From an uncultured archaeon (GTDB lineage Archaea; Thermoproteota; EX4484-205; JAAOZP01): 64,000 nt of DNA. The stretch covers positions 32,001 through 96,000 of the forward strand of contig CALIBN010000017.1 in the NCBI GenBank assembly GCA_938045545.1, in the 5' to 3' direction. A program made the position numbers and the translations under genes. Of the stretch, positions 17,660 through 27,532 are shown piece by piece (positions within the stretch are counted from its first letter, which is position 1; each line of letters starts with the position of its first letter). The notes under the pieces were generated by a model. It did not search any database, had not been told where the DNA came from, and saw nothing but the letters and a program-made list of their open reading frames with translations.

Positions 17660-20600
17660 ATGGGCTTCGAGAAGCCTGGGGAAGGGAAGGAGGGTAATCC
17701 TGCTGTGGCTGAGGCCAGGGCTGAGGCTAAGCCTACGGTGGCTGAGAAGAGGGAGGAGAGGCCTAAGCCCGCTAAGGAGGAGAAGAAGAAAAAGAAGAAG
17801 GAGGAAGAGGAGGAGGTCGTCGAGTATGTTTTCGACCCCATCCCGGTTAACGCTAAGCCTGTGGACGAGTACTGGATTGAAGAGCCTTTCGTCAGGATCC
17901 TGATCATACCCATCCCGGGGAGGGGTGGCGAGAAAGGATACTTCGTCGACGAGGTTTCCCTGGACAGGACTGAGAGGAATGCTTTCAACAGGCTTAAGGA
18001 TATTCTGAGCAGGGAGCTCAGGCCCCCGGAGGACATGTCTGTCGAGGCGAGGAGCTACGTTATGGAGGAGGCCCGGAGGCTGATGAAGAAGTATAGGAGC
18101 ATACTTGGCTCTCTGAACGAGGAGTCCATGAGGAAGGTTGAGTACTACATTAGGAGGGACCTCATAGGCTACGGGCCGATAAACCCGATCGTGGAGGATA
18201 AGAATGTTGAGGACATTTCCTGCGACGGCATCGACAAGCCTGTCTACGTCTGGCACAGGAGGTATGAGAGCCTCCCCTCGAACCTGAGGATCGCGGACAA
18301 GGGTTATTTCAACGACTTCATAATTAAGCTTGCGCACTTCGCTGGGAAGCATATTAGCGCAGCCTTCCCCATCGTGGACGCTATGCTCCCAGGCAGGCAT
18401 AGGCTTGCAGCCACATACGGGGACGAGGTTTCAACCTTCGGCTCAACCTTCACCATAAGGAAGTTCAGGGAGGAGCCTTTCAGCATCGTCGACCTTATTA
18501 AGCTGGGCACGATAAGCCCGTCTCTCGCAGCCTACTTCTGGTTCATCCTCGACAACAGGCTAACCGTCATGGTGATAGGTGGAACGGGCGCGGGTAAAAC
18601 TTCTTTCCTGAACGCTTTAACAAACCTTTTCAAGCCTGGCCTTAAGATCGTCACGGTTGAGGAGACGGCTGAGCTGAACATTCCGCACGACAACTGGGTC
18701 CAGTTCGTAACCAGGGAGAGCTACGGTCTTGGAACCTCCAAGATAGGCGAGATAACCATGTTCGACCTCGTCAAGACCTCTCTAAGATATAGGCCTGACT
18801 ACCTGATCGTCGGAGAGATAAGGGGCGCCGAAGCGTTCGTGCTCTTCCAAGCCATGGCCAGCGTTTCACGCGACACCCCGGTCCTGGTGAAGAATAGGGA
18901 GGGACATGTTTCGCTGGTCAGAGTGGGTGATTTCGTAGACGGGTTTTACGGGGAAGGGGAGGAGCGCATCCCGAAGCATGTTGAAGGATACTGGGTGCTT
19001 TCTCACGCTGGTTTCAAACCGGTCTGGAAACCAGTGCGATACGTGCTGAGGCACAGTGCCGGGGAGGTTTACGAGGTTGAGTATGAAGGCGGCGGGAGAC
19101 TACTGGCCACCGGCAGCCACAGCGTCTTCACCCTTGATCCTGAGACTCTTGATGTCAGGGAGAAGCCTGTTGAACGGCTTAAGCCTGGGGATTACTTGGT
19201 TACGTTCACAGGGGGAGGCGGGGACGATTATAGCGTCGTCAACGGGGTTGAGATGCTCAGCGGGCTTGAAGATGTTTACGCCGACAACCTGCCGGCAGGT
19301 CTGAAGCAGCTTACTGGAGGAAGGAACCCCGTGCTGCTAAGCGTTCTCGCCAAGCTGGGCGCTGAAGAAGAGGAGCTGGAGGAAGCTGTCCTGCATCATC
19401 CACATGGGCATGCACTGCCCGCTCTGATCCGTCTAGACGAGAATCTGGCATTCGTGTTCGGCGCCTACTTGGCGGAAGGATTCGTTAAGCGGGGCAGGGG
19501 TAAGAGACTATGCTTCACGTTCGGCAAGGGTGAAACAGATATAGCTAATAGGGTTGTGGAGATCCTGGCTGAGAGGTTCGGCGCCAAACCCTCGGTAGAC
19601 GACCGTGGAACACACCTTATCTACGATTTTAACCACACGCTTCTCGCGGAGCTGTTTGAAAAGCTGCTGGGGGCACGCTTAAGGGAGAGACGAATACCTT
19701 CGCAGCTCTGGTCTTCTCCAAGCAGTGTTGTGCAAGCGTTCTTCGAAGGGTTGCGTGCAGACGCCCGGAGAACCGTTAGGAAACGGGGAATCCAGTACTT
19801 GACGGCAAACGAGTGGCTGGCATACCAGCTTACGTGGCTCGCCAGGCTGGCCGGCTTCTACTCGAGCCTACGGTGCGAACGCGGTACGGGTAGGAACTCC
19901 GGCAGGACGTATTGGAACGTGATCGTCTACCTTGACCATAAGTATAGGAAGCCGAACCCGGCTGAGAGAATTCCCGTGAAACCCCTCTTGAAGCTTATCG
20001 AGGTTGCGAAGCCAACATCGATGCCGTTCAGGCTGACATACGTCAGGAAGAGGGAATTCGTAACGAGGAGAAAGGCGCTGGAGATACTGGAGTGGGTTAG
20101 GGAGAAGGGCCGCCTTAATCCTGAGGCGCTCAAGTACTTGAGAACTCTGGAGAAGCTGATTCAGGGCCAGCTCGCCGTCGTGAAAGTGAGGAGAATACGG
20201 CGTAGAAACTATAATGGTTACGTCTACGATCTTTCTGTTCCCGAGACTGAGTCCTTCCTCGGGGGCGGGGCACCCGTCCTCCTGCACAACACCGGCCACG
20301 GTGGTCTCAGCACTGTTCACGCTGAGAACATTGACTACGCTATTAAGAGGATGACGAGCCCGCCTATGAACATCGCCGAATCCTATATTCCGCTCATGAA
20401 CGTAGCATGCTTGGTTGAGAGGGTTGTCCTCCCCAAGAAGGCTGGAGTACCCTTCGGGAGAAGGGTTAGACACGTTTGGGAGCTTGACCCCGAGGGCAAC
20501 AGGATTACGATTTCACACTGGGACCCGATGGAGGATTTCCACGATGTTGACTTCAGCAGGTCTGTGCATCTCCCCAACGTGTGCAGGAAGATAGGCATGC

Positions 20601-20749
20601 CTCCAGACTGGTACATAAGGGAGCTGCAGGTGAGGGAGAGCGTCATAAGATGGATGATGGATAACAATGTGACTCACTTCAGGGATGTTGCCAGGGTTGT
20701 GACCGAGTTCCACGTTAAGAGGGCTGAGGTGCTTTCAAGACTAAGGTGA
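17660..20749 (+). CDS. Type IV pilus assembly ATPase (FlaI/VirB11/GspE family) containing an intein
   Basis: EDISCDG, FTIRKF, Walker A GGTGAGKT, VEETAE, LRYRPDYLIVGEIRG and TGHGGLSTVHA motifs; ATG at 17660 preferred over 17540. Confidence 0.93.
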   Translation: MGFEKPGEGKEGNPAVAEARAEAKPTVAEKREERPKPAKEEKKKKKKEEEEEVVEYVFDPIPVNAKPVDEYWIEEPFVRILIIPIPGRGGEKGYFVDEVSLDRTERNAFNRLKDILSRELRPPEDMSVEARSYVMEEARRLMKKYRSILGSLNEESMRKVEYYIRRDLIGYGPINPIVEDKNVEDISCDGIDKPVYVWHRRYESLPSNLRIADKGYFNDFIIKLAHFAGKHISAAFPIVDAMLPGRHRLAATYGDEVSTFGSTFTIRKFREEPFSIVDLIKLGTISPSLAAYFWFILDNRLTVMVIGGTGAGKTSFLNALTNLFKPGLKIVTVEETAELNIPHDNWVQFVTRESYGLGTSKIGEITMFDLVKTSLRYRPDYLIVGEIRGAEAFVLFQAMASVSRDTPVLVKNREGHVSLVRVGDFVDGFYGEGEERIPKHVEGYWVLSHAGFKPVWKPVRYVLRHSAGEVYEVEYEGGGRLLATGSHSVFTLDPETLDVREKPVERLKPGDYLVTFTGGGGDDYSVVNGVEMLSGLEDVYADNLPAGLKQLTGGRNPVLLSVLAKLGAEEEELEEAVLHHPHGHALPALIRLDENLAFVFGAYLAEGFVKRGRGKRLCFTFGKGETDIANRVVEILAERFGAKPSVDDRGTHLIYDFNHTLLAELFEKLLGARLRERRIPSQLWSSPSSVVQAFFEGLRADARRTVRKRGIQYLTANEWLAYQLTWLARLAGFYSSLRCERGTGRNSGRTYWNVIVYLDHKYRKPNPAERIPVKPLLKLIEVAKPTSMPFRLTYVRKREFVTRRKALEILEWVREKGRLNPEALKYLRTLEKLIQGQLAVVKVRRIRRRNYNGYVYDLSVPETESFLGGGAPVLLHNTGHGGLSTVHAENIDYAIKRMTSPPMNIAESYIPLMNVACLVERVVLPKKAGVPFGRRVRHVWELDPEGNRITISHWDPMEDFHDVDFSRSVHLPNVCRKIGMPPDWYIRELQVRESVIRWMMDNNVTHFRDVARVVTEFHVKRAEVLSRLR
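18860..20290 (+). mobile_element. Intein (477 aa) with a LAGLIDADG homing endonuclease domain; Ser1...His-Asn, Thr+1
   Basis: AMA|SVSRDTPV, block B TGSH, GAYLAEG, YVYDLSV, LLHN|TGHGG; removal restores FQAMATGHGG. Confidence 0.92.
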
Positions 20750-20750
20750 A

Positions 20751-21518
20751 TTGTCCTACTGGCCCTGGCTTGAGAATGCTCGCAGCATAGTCTCCATAAT
20801 ACTCCTATCCTTAGGCTCAATCCAGGATTTTAAGAGCAGGGAGATAGATGACCGCATATGGGTGGTTTTCCTCGCCTCAGCGGTAATCCTAAACCTTCCG
20901 GGTGTTTTCAACGGCTCCGTTGAGCCAGCCTGGTGGCTTCTCTTCGCAGGCCTCCAGTCATGCCTCTTCATCCTCCTGTACTACGCTGGTGTCTACGGGG
21001 GTGCTGACGCTAAGGGGCTTATGTGCCTGAGCCTAATGTACCCCTCCACGCCGACGGGTTTCCTGATAGACCTGAGCACGGGGAGGCTTCCAGTAGCTTT
21101 CTCAACGATGAACAATGCTCTAATGCTCACCGTACTCTACCTGCCAATCAACCTTTTCTGGAACATCTCTGTTAAGCTCAGGGGGGTTGAGCTTTTCAAA
21201 GGCTTGGAGAAGGAAAACTTGTTGAGAAGGGCTGCTGCGCTTCTCCTCCTAAGGAAGGTAAGGTTCTCGCAATACTGTGCTGAGAACAGCAGGTTCCTGC
21301 TAGCTGAAAGAAGGAGCAGGAGCGGTGTTAGAAGAATCGTTTTCTCGAGAAAGATGGATGAGAAGGCTGAGCAGGGTTTCAAGCCTGACGAGCATGTTTT
21401 CACAAGCTTCCTCATGCCCCTGCAAGTCCTACTGCTCCTAGGCCTAGTCGTAAGGCTTTTCTACGGTGATATTCTGCTAGCGCTCTCGCTCTTGGTGGCT
21501 AGCCGCCTCGCAAAGTAA
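20751..21518 (+). CDS. Prepilin/preflagellin peptidase (A24, PibD/FlaK-like)
   Basis: QDFKSREI and YGGADAK catalytic Asp motifs. Confidence 0.88.
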   Translation: MSYWPWLENARSIVSIILLSLGSIQDFKSREIDDRIWVVFLASAVILNLPGVFNGSVEPAWWLLFAGLQSCLFILLYYAGVYGGADAKGLMCLSLMYPSTPTGFLIDLSTGRLPVAFSTMNNALMLTVLYLPINLFWNISVKLRGVELFKGLEKENLLRRAAALLLLRKVRFSQYCAENSRFLLAERRSRSGVRRIVFSRKMDEKAEQGFKPDEHVFTSFLMPLQVLLLLGLVVRLFYGDILLALSLLVASRLAK

Positions 21519-21551
21519 CTTTTTTGAAAAGCATAAAAACTTCCAAATCCT

Positions 21552-22163
21552 ATGGGACTCGGGTTGAGGCTGTTCGCGTGCTGCGATGTTCACCTGAGGC
21601 TCAAACTGCTTGAGGAGGCTTTGAAAACCTCTAGGGATGCTGACCTAGCCGTCTTCCTCGGCGACCTCACGGTTTACAGCAAGGGTTTAGACGCTGCCCT
21701 GGAGAAGCTCCGGGCTTTAAACGAGCACGTTCTCGTAATACCTGGCAACAACGAGGCTCCGGGGGAGCTGGAGGAGAAGGCCTCTGCCAGGGGCATTGTT
21801 TTCCTTCACGCCAGGAAGACGGTTTTCAAAGGCTTCACCCTCGCCGGCATAGGGGGGAGCCTTCCGACACCCTTCAACACTCCTTTCGAAATCGGCGAGC
21901 AGGAGTTTAAACGTGTCCTCTCAGGCTTCAAGGGGATTGACAGGCTTGTCCTGCTCTCTCACACACCTCCCTTCAACACCTCCCTGGACTATACTTCCAT
22001 GGGTGAGCACATCGGATCAGTTGAGCTGAGAAGATTCATAGAGGAGGAGTCTCCGCTAGCATGCTTATGCGGCCATGTTCACGAGAGGGCCGGCTTGTCT
22101 GAAAGGATCGGCGGAACCCTTGTCCTCAACCCTGGGCCCAGGGGGATGCTTATAGAGCTATGA
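21552..22163 (+). CDS. Calcineurin-like metallophosphoesterase (Icc-related)
   Basis: DVH, GDLT, GNNE, HTPP, GHVHE and NPG motifs. Confidence 0.9.
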   Translation: MGLGLRLFACCDVHLRLKLLEEALKTSRDADLAVFLGDLTVYSKGLDAALEKLRALNEHVLVIPGNNEAPGELEEKASARGIVFLHARKTVFKGFTLAGIGGSLPTPFNTPFEIGEQEFKRVLSGFKGIDRLVLLSHTPPFNTSLDYTSMGEHIGSVELRRFIEEESPLACLCGHVHERAGLSERIGGTLVLNPGPRGMLIEL

Positions 22164-22726
22164 AGATCCTAGTGACGGGGAGGCCGGGGATCGGTAAGAC
22201 GACGCTTGTCTCAAAGCTTGCCGAGATGCTTAAGGACAGGGGTGTGAGCGTGGGAGGCATGATAACCTTCGAGACTAGGGAGAAGGGGGTTAGAACAGGC
22301 TTCCTGGTTGAGGATTTGAAAACCGGCTTGAAGGGCCTAATGGCAAGCGTCAACTACAGCTCTGGCCCCAGGGTCGGGAAATACGTTGTCAACCTCGCTG
22401 AGATTGAGAGGGTCGGCGTCAAGGCTATTACGGATGCTGTTGAAGGGGATGAGGTTGTCATCATAGATGAGATAGGCCCGATGGAGCTGTACTCAGAATC
22501 CTTCAGGAAAGCCGTTTCAGAGGCTTTCGCCTCGGCGAGAAGCGTTGTCGCAACCATCCACTACAGGGCTTCGCAAAACCCTTTCTGTAGAACCATACTT
22601 TCCAGGGAGGATGTTTCAACATTCGTCGTAAACGTGGAGAACAGGGATGTTCTTCCGAAAACCATTCTCGATAAGCTGTACCATGCTCTTAGAAACCATA
22701 GCCTCCTGGTTAAAAATGACGTTTAA
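22160..22726 (+). CDS. Nucleoside-triphosphatase, THEP1 family
   Basis: GRPGIGKTT, RTGF, RVGKYVV and IDEIGPMEL motifs. Confidence 0.92.
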   Translation: MKILVTGRPGIGKTTLVSKLAEMLKDRGVSVGGMITFETREKGVRTGFLVEDLKTGLKGLMASVNYSSGPRVGKYVVNLAEIERVGVKAITDAVEGDEVVIIDEIGPMELYSESFRKAVSEAFASARSVVATIHYRASQNPFCRTILSREDVSTFVVNVENRDVLPKTILDKLYHALRNHSLLVKNDV

Positions 22727-22931
22727 ACAGGGTTTAACCAGTTTAATCCGGGTTTTAGACGTAGAAGTTGAAACGTTGGAAGGTCCGCAATCTATGCTAT
22801 CTGTGTTAAAATGGCTTAAACCCCGCTTGAAAAAGCTTTTCCGCTCCTCTCGACTCGAGTCGACGCTTAACCATGAGGCTGGAAACGGGAAACTTTTATA
22901 ATCTTCTTATCCAGCCTTCTGGTGAAGCCTG

Positions 22932-25337
22932 ATGGTTCAGCAGGATGCTGAGGAGCTTAAAGAGAGGATGATGCAGGTGGCTGGCCGCAGGATACTCGCA
23001 GGCGGTCCGAAGCCCGTTCTAAAGGAGGGTGAGGAGCACGTTAGGGACACGCTTTCAGTCTGCCCAGAGTGCTACAGGCTTCTCCCCGCGCTTGTCTACG
23101 AGAAGGATGGTAAAATCTGGATTAGGAAGAAGTGCCCGGAGCACGGTGAGGTCGAGGACCTTTACTGGGGTGATGCCGCGATGTACAGGAGGGCGATGAG
23201 GTATGAGGCTCCTCGGGCAAATGTTAAGTATGCTTACAGGCAGCTTGAAAACCCCTGCCCCTTCTCATGCGGCATATGCTCCATCCACACTACTCAGACG
23301 GCTCTTGCCAACGTTGTCGTGACGAACAGGTGTAACTTCTCATGCTGGTACTGCCTACCGGGAGACGAGAAGGTTCTTTTTAAGACCGGTGAAGAAATTT
23401 TGTTGGAAAGTTTTGAGGAGGCTTCGAAGAACCTTGCCTTCAACCATAAAGCTAAGGTGGAAGGCTTCTCCGGTGAATACGCTGTTCCCGAAAATCTGAA
23501 CGTTCTAACTTTTAATGGGGGTAAGGCTGAATGGACTAGGGTTACAAAAATATTCAGAAGAAGATATGAGGGAAAGATTTTGAGGATTAAGACGCGGACA
23601 GGGCGTGAAGTCAGGGTGACGCCGGAACACATGTTTTTCGTTAATGAGAACGGAGAAATAAACAAAAAGCGAGCTGACCAGCTTGATGGGAAAAGCGAGC
23701 TCATCTTACTCTGGAGTTTCAATGCCATCAGCAGCCTCGGGGAGATCAACCTCTTAGAAAGGTTTAAAACACCTCCGGGGGGAGACGAGGAGAAAGTCTA
23801 CGTCAGAAGCGTGGACGACATCAACGTCCTCCTGTTGAGGAGGAAATACGGGTTGCCTAAGCTCAGGAATGGCCATTTAGTGAATCTTGGCGATATTGGT
23901 GAAAGGAAGGAGGCTAGGGTAGTGAGGCTTGGAGACTTTTACCTAGATAAGGTGGAGTCTATAGTAGAAGAGCACTACGCTGGCTACGTGTATGATTTAG
24001 AGGTTGAGAACGAGGGCCATTCATTCGTAGCGTCAGACGGTTTTCTGCTTAGCAACTGCTTCTTCTTCGCCGAGAGGTCTGGCTACGTGTATGAGCCAAC
24101 GCTGGAGCAGTACAGGATGATGATGAAGCATTTGAGGAAGCAGTATCCTTACGGTGCTAAGGCTATTCAGCTCACGGGCGGCGAGCCTTTGATGAGGGAC
24201 GACCTTGTCGACGTCATCAGGATAACGAGGGAGGAGGGCTTCACCCATATTCAGCTCAATACTCACGGTGTTTTCTTCGCGCTTGAAGGTGGTGTCGAGC
24301 TCGCCAGGAGGCTTAGGCAAGCAGGGGTTAACACCGTCTACCTGAGCTTCGACGGACTCGACCCGAGGATAAACGTGAAGAACCATTGGGAGATCCCCTA
24401 TATTTTTGAAAACTTCCGTAAGGCCGGTATGACTAGCGTCGTCCTCGTCCCCACCGTGATAAACGGCTGGAACACTCATGAGCTTGGAAAGATAGTGAGG
24501 TTCGCCGCAGTTAACAGCGATATAGTTAGGGGTGTTAACTTTCAACCCGTCTCGTTGGTAGGCCAGATGCCTAGGAGCGAGAGGGATAAGCATAGGATAA
24601 CCATCCCGGATGTGATAAGGCTACTGGAGGAGCAGACGAACGGGGAGATAGGTAAAGAAGCCTGGTACCCCGTCCCGTTCACACTCGTGTTGACAACGTT
24701 CCTAGAGAAGCTGACTAAGGGTAAGGAAAGGTGGCACATGCCTATTCACCCTGCCTGCGGAATGGCGACCTACGTTTATCTCGACAGGTCTAAGAATGGC
24801 ATCCATTTCGTGCCGATAACGAGCTTCGTTGACGTAGAGGGACTCTCGGAATACTTGAGGGAGAAAACTGTTGAGATGGAGAAAGGGAGAAGCAGATACA
24901 TGGTGATGCTTGAACTAGTCCGTAGACTTGGTCGCTTCATAGATAAGGAGAAACAGCCCAAAGACCTCAACCTAGGAAAAATACTGACAAATATAATCCT
25001 CAGAAGAAGCTACGGTGCGTTAAGCATATTTCATTATAAATTTAATTATTTAGGTATGATGCATTTTATGGATCCGTATAACTACGATGTCGAGAGGGTT
25101 ATGCGTTGCGGTGTTCACTACGTCACCCCAGACATGAACGTCGTCCCCTTCTGCACGTTCAACGTCCTCCCGGAGCTCTACAGGGATAATGTTCAGAAGG
25201 AGTTCTCGGTGAGCCTTGAGGAGTGGAACAAACTTAAGCCCGGGACCGTTGGTGATAAGGCTAAGTATAAGAGGGACGTTAGGAAGCTCGCATCCGGAGA
25301 GACATATAAAAAGACGTATGAGGGTTTCCTCGAGTAG
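22932..25337 (+). CDS. tes: Radical SAM tetraether lipid synthase (Tes/GDGT-MAS, MJ0619-like) with a mini-intein
   Basis: N-terminal CPEC..CPEHG, CPFSCGICSIH, TNRCNFSCWY|CFFFAE..GYVYEP, HPACG and C-terminal RC..PFC motifs. Confidence 0.82.
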   Translation: MVQQDAEELKERMMQVAGRRILAGGPKPVLKEGEEHVRDTLSVCPECYRLLPALVYEKDGKIWIRKKCPEHGEVEDLYWGDAAMYRRAMRYEAPRANVKYAYRQLENPCPFSCGICSIHTTQTALANVVVTNRCNFSCWYCLPGDEKVLFKTGEEILLESFEEASKNLAFNHKAKVEGFSGEYAVPENLNVLTFNGGKAEWTRVTKIFRRRYEGKILRIKTRTGREVRVTPEHMFFVNENGEINKKRADQLDGKSELILLWSFNAISSLGEINLLERFKTPPGGDEEKVYVRSVDDINVLLLRRKYGLPKLRNGHLVNLGDIGERKEARVVRLGDFYLDKVESIVEEHYAGYVYDLEVENEGHSFVASDGFLLSNCFFFAERSGYVYEPTLEQYRMMMKHLRKQYPYGAKAIQLTGGEPLMRDDLVDVIRITREEGFTHIQLNTHGVFFALEGGVELARRLRQAGVNTVYLSFDGLDPRINVKNHWEIPYIFENFRKAGMTSVVLVPTVINGWNTHELGKIVRFAAVNSDIVRGVNFQPVSLVGQMPRSERDKHRITIPDVIRLLEEQTNGEIGKEAWYPVPFTLVLTTFLEKLTKGKERWHMPIHPACGMATYVYLDRSKNGIHFVPITSFVDVEGLSEYLREKTVEMEKGRSRYMVMLELVRRLGRFIDKEKQPKDLNLGKILTNIILRRSYGALSIFHYKFNYLGMMHFMDPYNYDVERVMRCGVHYVTPDMNVVPFCTFNVLPELYRDNVQKEFSVSLEEWNKLKPGTVGDKAKYKRDVRKLASGETYKKTYEGFLE
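23352..24056 (+). mobile_element. Mini-intein (235 aa); Cys1...Ser-Asn, Cys+1; no recognisable endonuclease
   Basis: CWY|CLPGDEKV, TPEH, YVYDLEV, LLSN|CFFF. Confidence 0.9.
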
Positions 25338-25954
25338 ATCCTGGAACCATTAGGATAAATTGTAATGAAATGCTTTATATTTTTAAAAAGATCACATTAC
25401 TTACTTGAAATCGCCAAAAAATATTTCTATCCATATGCAGTGTACTCGTTCTTGTTTTAGCGACGCGATATCCTATCCCTATAGAGCTTCCTCTTATCTT
25501 CAGCCAAAATTCATAGCGAGGAAAGTTGCTTCTGCTCTCTTCTTTATTTCCTCCATCTTCTGCCGTCGTCATATCGATCTCATCGAAAACTGAGTAGAAA
25601 TGACATATTTGAACTAGAGACTAGGAGGGATGAAAGGAGCAACCTTAACCCTCGTCTTTTTTAGTTACAAGCTTGGTTATTTCTCTTCAAAAACTAGAGT
25701 CTCGGCATTGGTCCTCTGTACTTCTTTACTTTCTCCAATTCCTCTTATTCTGCAGACCTTTAAGAAGGATTAGAGCTGAGAAGAATCGATGTGACGGTCC
25801 TTCTCTCCAAAACACTCATGAACGTAGCATTATGACGCAGATATGAGGCGTATAGCCTTGATATGCTGAACAATTAGGGGAAGCCTACAGGAAGGCTGCA
25901 GGGCTTCCTCAAACCTAAAAGTTTAAAACTGTTGGACCATAGGTTTTTTCAAGA

Positions 25955-26560
25955 ATGGTTCTGGTCGGTGAGCAGGCTCCTGACTTCGAGGTTCAAACCA
26001 CAAGGGGCAGGATCAGGCTTTCCGAGCTCAGGGGCAGATGGGTTCTTCTCCTAACTCATCCCTCGAGCTTCAACCCTGTCTGCACGACTGAGATGATCGC
26101 CCTGTCCCAGAGGATTGACGACTTCAGGAAGAGCGGGGTTGAGGTTTTCTCAATATGCCCCGAGAGCCTCATGAGCGTAATATCTTGGGTTAGGGATGTT
26201 GAGGAGAAATACGGGTTGAAAATAATGTTCCCTGTTGCAGCCGACCCGGATAAGAGGACGGTGAGCCTCTACGGTGCTGCGGACGCTAGGGGAAGCGTTG
26301 CGAGAAGCGTTTTCCTCATAGACCCGGAGGGGGTTTTGAGGTTCACAGCCCAGTATCCTGTTGAAACCGGGAGGAACGTGAAGGAGCTCGCCAGGGTTAC
26401 CAGGGCTGTTCAAACCTCTGTTAAATCAGGCCTCTTGGCTCCGGCGAACTGGGAGCCGGGTGAGCCGATGATTATCCCCCCGCCCTCAACCGTCGAAGAG
26501 GCTGACAAGAGGGTTAGGGACGGGGCTGAACGCTGGTATATTCAGAGGAAACAGGTTTAG
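25955..26560 (+). CDS. Peroxiredoxin (Prx6/1-Cys type)
   Basis: HPSSFNPVCTTE, GRNVKE and PANWEPG motifs. Confidence 0.92.
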   Translation: MVLVGEQAPDFEVQTTRGRIRLSELRGRWVLLLTHPSSFNPVCTTEMIALSQRIDDFRKSGVEVFSICPESLMSVISWVRDVEEKYGLKIMFPVAADPDKRTVSLYGAADARGSVARSVFLIDPEGVLRFTAQYPVETGRNVKELARVTRAVQTSVKSGLLAPANWEPGEPMIIPPPSTVEEADKRVRDGAERWYIQRKQV

Positions 26561-27441
26561 ACAAGCCTCTTTCTCCTAGCCGTGTTCGAAAGAGCCTCGA
26601 ACAGTATTCTTACTGCTGCTGCAGCCGATGCGCCCCCGGGGTCGAGCAGCGGGTTAAGCTCAACAAGGTCGAGCCCCACGAGTTTCTCGCTTACAGTGTT
26701 CTCCAGAAGGTCGAGCAGGATGTTCGTCGGTATCCCGCAGGCCTCCGGATTAGCCACCCCAGGCGCGTAGGCGGGGTCAAGGACGTCAAGGTCTATGCTA
26801 ACATAAATGCTTCCAGCGTTATCAACAATACTTCTCAGCCCCACGCATGCTTCCTCAGGATTCCTTAGTAATTGTCTCGATGAAAAGAAGGCTTCGCTTT
26901 TCGCATACTCAACCTCCTCCCTGCACGCCGCCCTGACGCCCACGTGCACAACCCTGCAAGCCTCCTCCCTTATCCTCCTCATCACTGTCGCGTGGCTAAT
27001 CCTGACGCCCTCTGGATACTCGTCCCTGTAGTCGAAGTGAGCGTCGAAGGAGACTATTGTCTCCGGCCTAAGGCCTCTCGCAGCCCCCAAGGTTATCGTG
27101 TGCTCCCCCCCAAGTATTACGGGGATCTTGGAATCCGCATGGATCTCCCTGCATACTTTCTCAACCCTTTTCAAAACCTCGTCGACGTTGAACGTCACTG
27201 AAACATCCCCAAGGTCTGAAACCCTAACGTCCTCGAGGTTAACACCGCCTCCAAGGCTTATGGTTTCAACCTCGGCTGAGAAATGCCTTATGCTGGCGGG
27301 CCCGAATCTCGAGCCGGGCCTGAAGCTCGTCGTCCCGTCGAAGGGCACTCCCACGACTGCGAGCCAAGACTCCTCGTAGCTGCGCCTTATCCCTGAGAAG
27401 AAATACGGGTTTTCAACCAGGTATAGCCTAGCCTCGTCCAA
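26557..27441 (-). CDS. speB: Agmatinase
   Basis: GGEHTIT, DAHFD, SHAT and DLDVLDP motifs; near arginine decarboxylase. Confidence 0.92.
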   Translation of the reverse strand: MDEARLYLVENPYFFSGIRRSYEESWLAVVGVPFDGTTSFRPGSRFGPASIRHFSAEVETISLGGGVNLEDVRVSDLGDVSVTFNVDEVLKRVEKVCREIHADSKIPVILGGEHTITLGAARGLRPETIVSFDAHFDYRDEYPEGVRISHATVMRRIREEACRVVHVGVRAACREEVEYAKSEAFFSSRQLLRNPEEACVGLRSIVDNAGSIYVSIDLDVLDPAYAPGVANPEACGIPTNILLDLLENTVSEKLVGLDLVELNPLLDPGGASAAAAVRILFEALSNTARRKRLV

Positions 27442-27532
27442 GCCTGCTTGCAGAAGCCTTTGAAATAGATAAAGGTTCCCCCGTCTCCTAGCCGCTTAAA
27501 AACCTTGGCAACACTGTTCAAACGGGTTAAAA

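Noticed and set aside
17770-17820. Purine-rich low-complexity run (KEEKKKKKKEEEEE)
   Set aside because: In-frame charged linker of the ATPase, not a separate repeat element
17588-20473. Long antisense ORFs (for example 270 aa and 201 aa) opposite the ATPase, and similar shadow ORFs across the window
   Set aside because: They lie opposite well-supported genes and show no motifs; they reflect codon bias
25340-25950. AT-rich gap with short ORFs; possible CRISPR array or sRNA
   Set aside because: No repeat-spacer periodicity or recognisable motif; probably a decayed sequence
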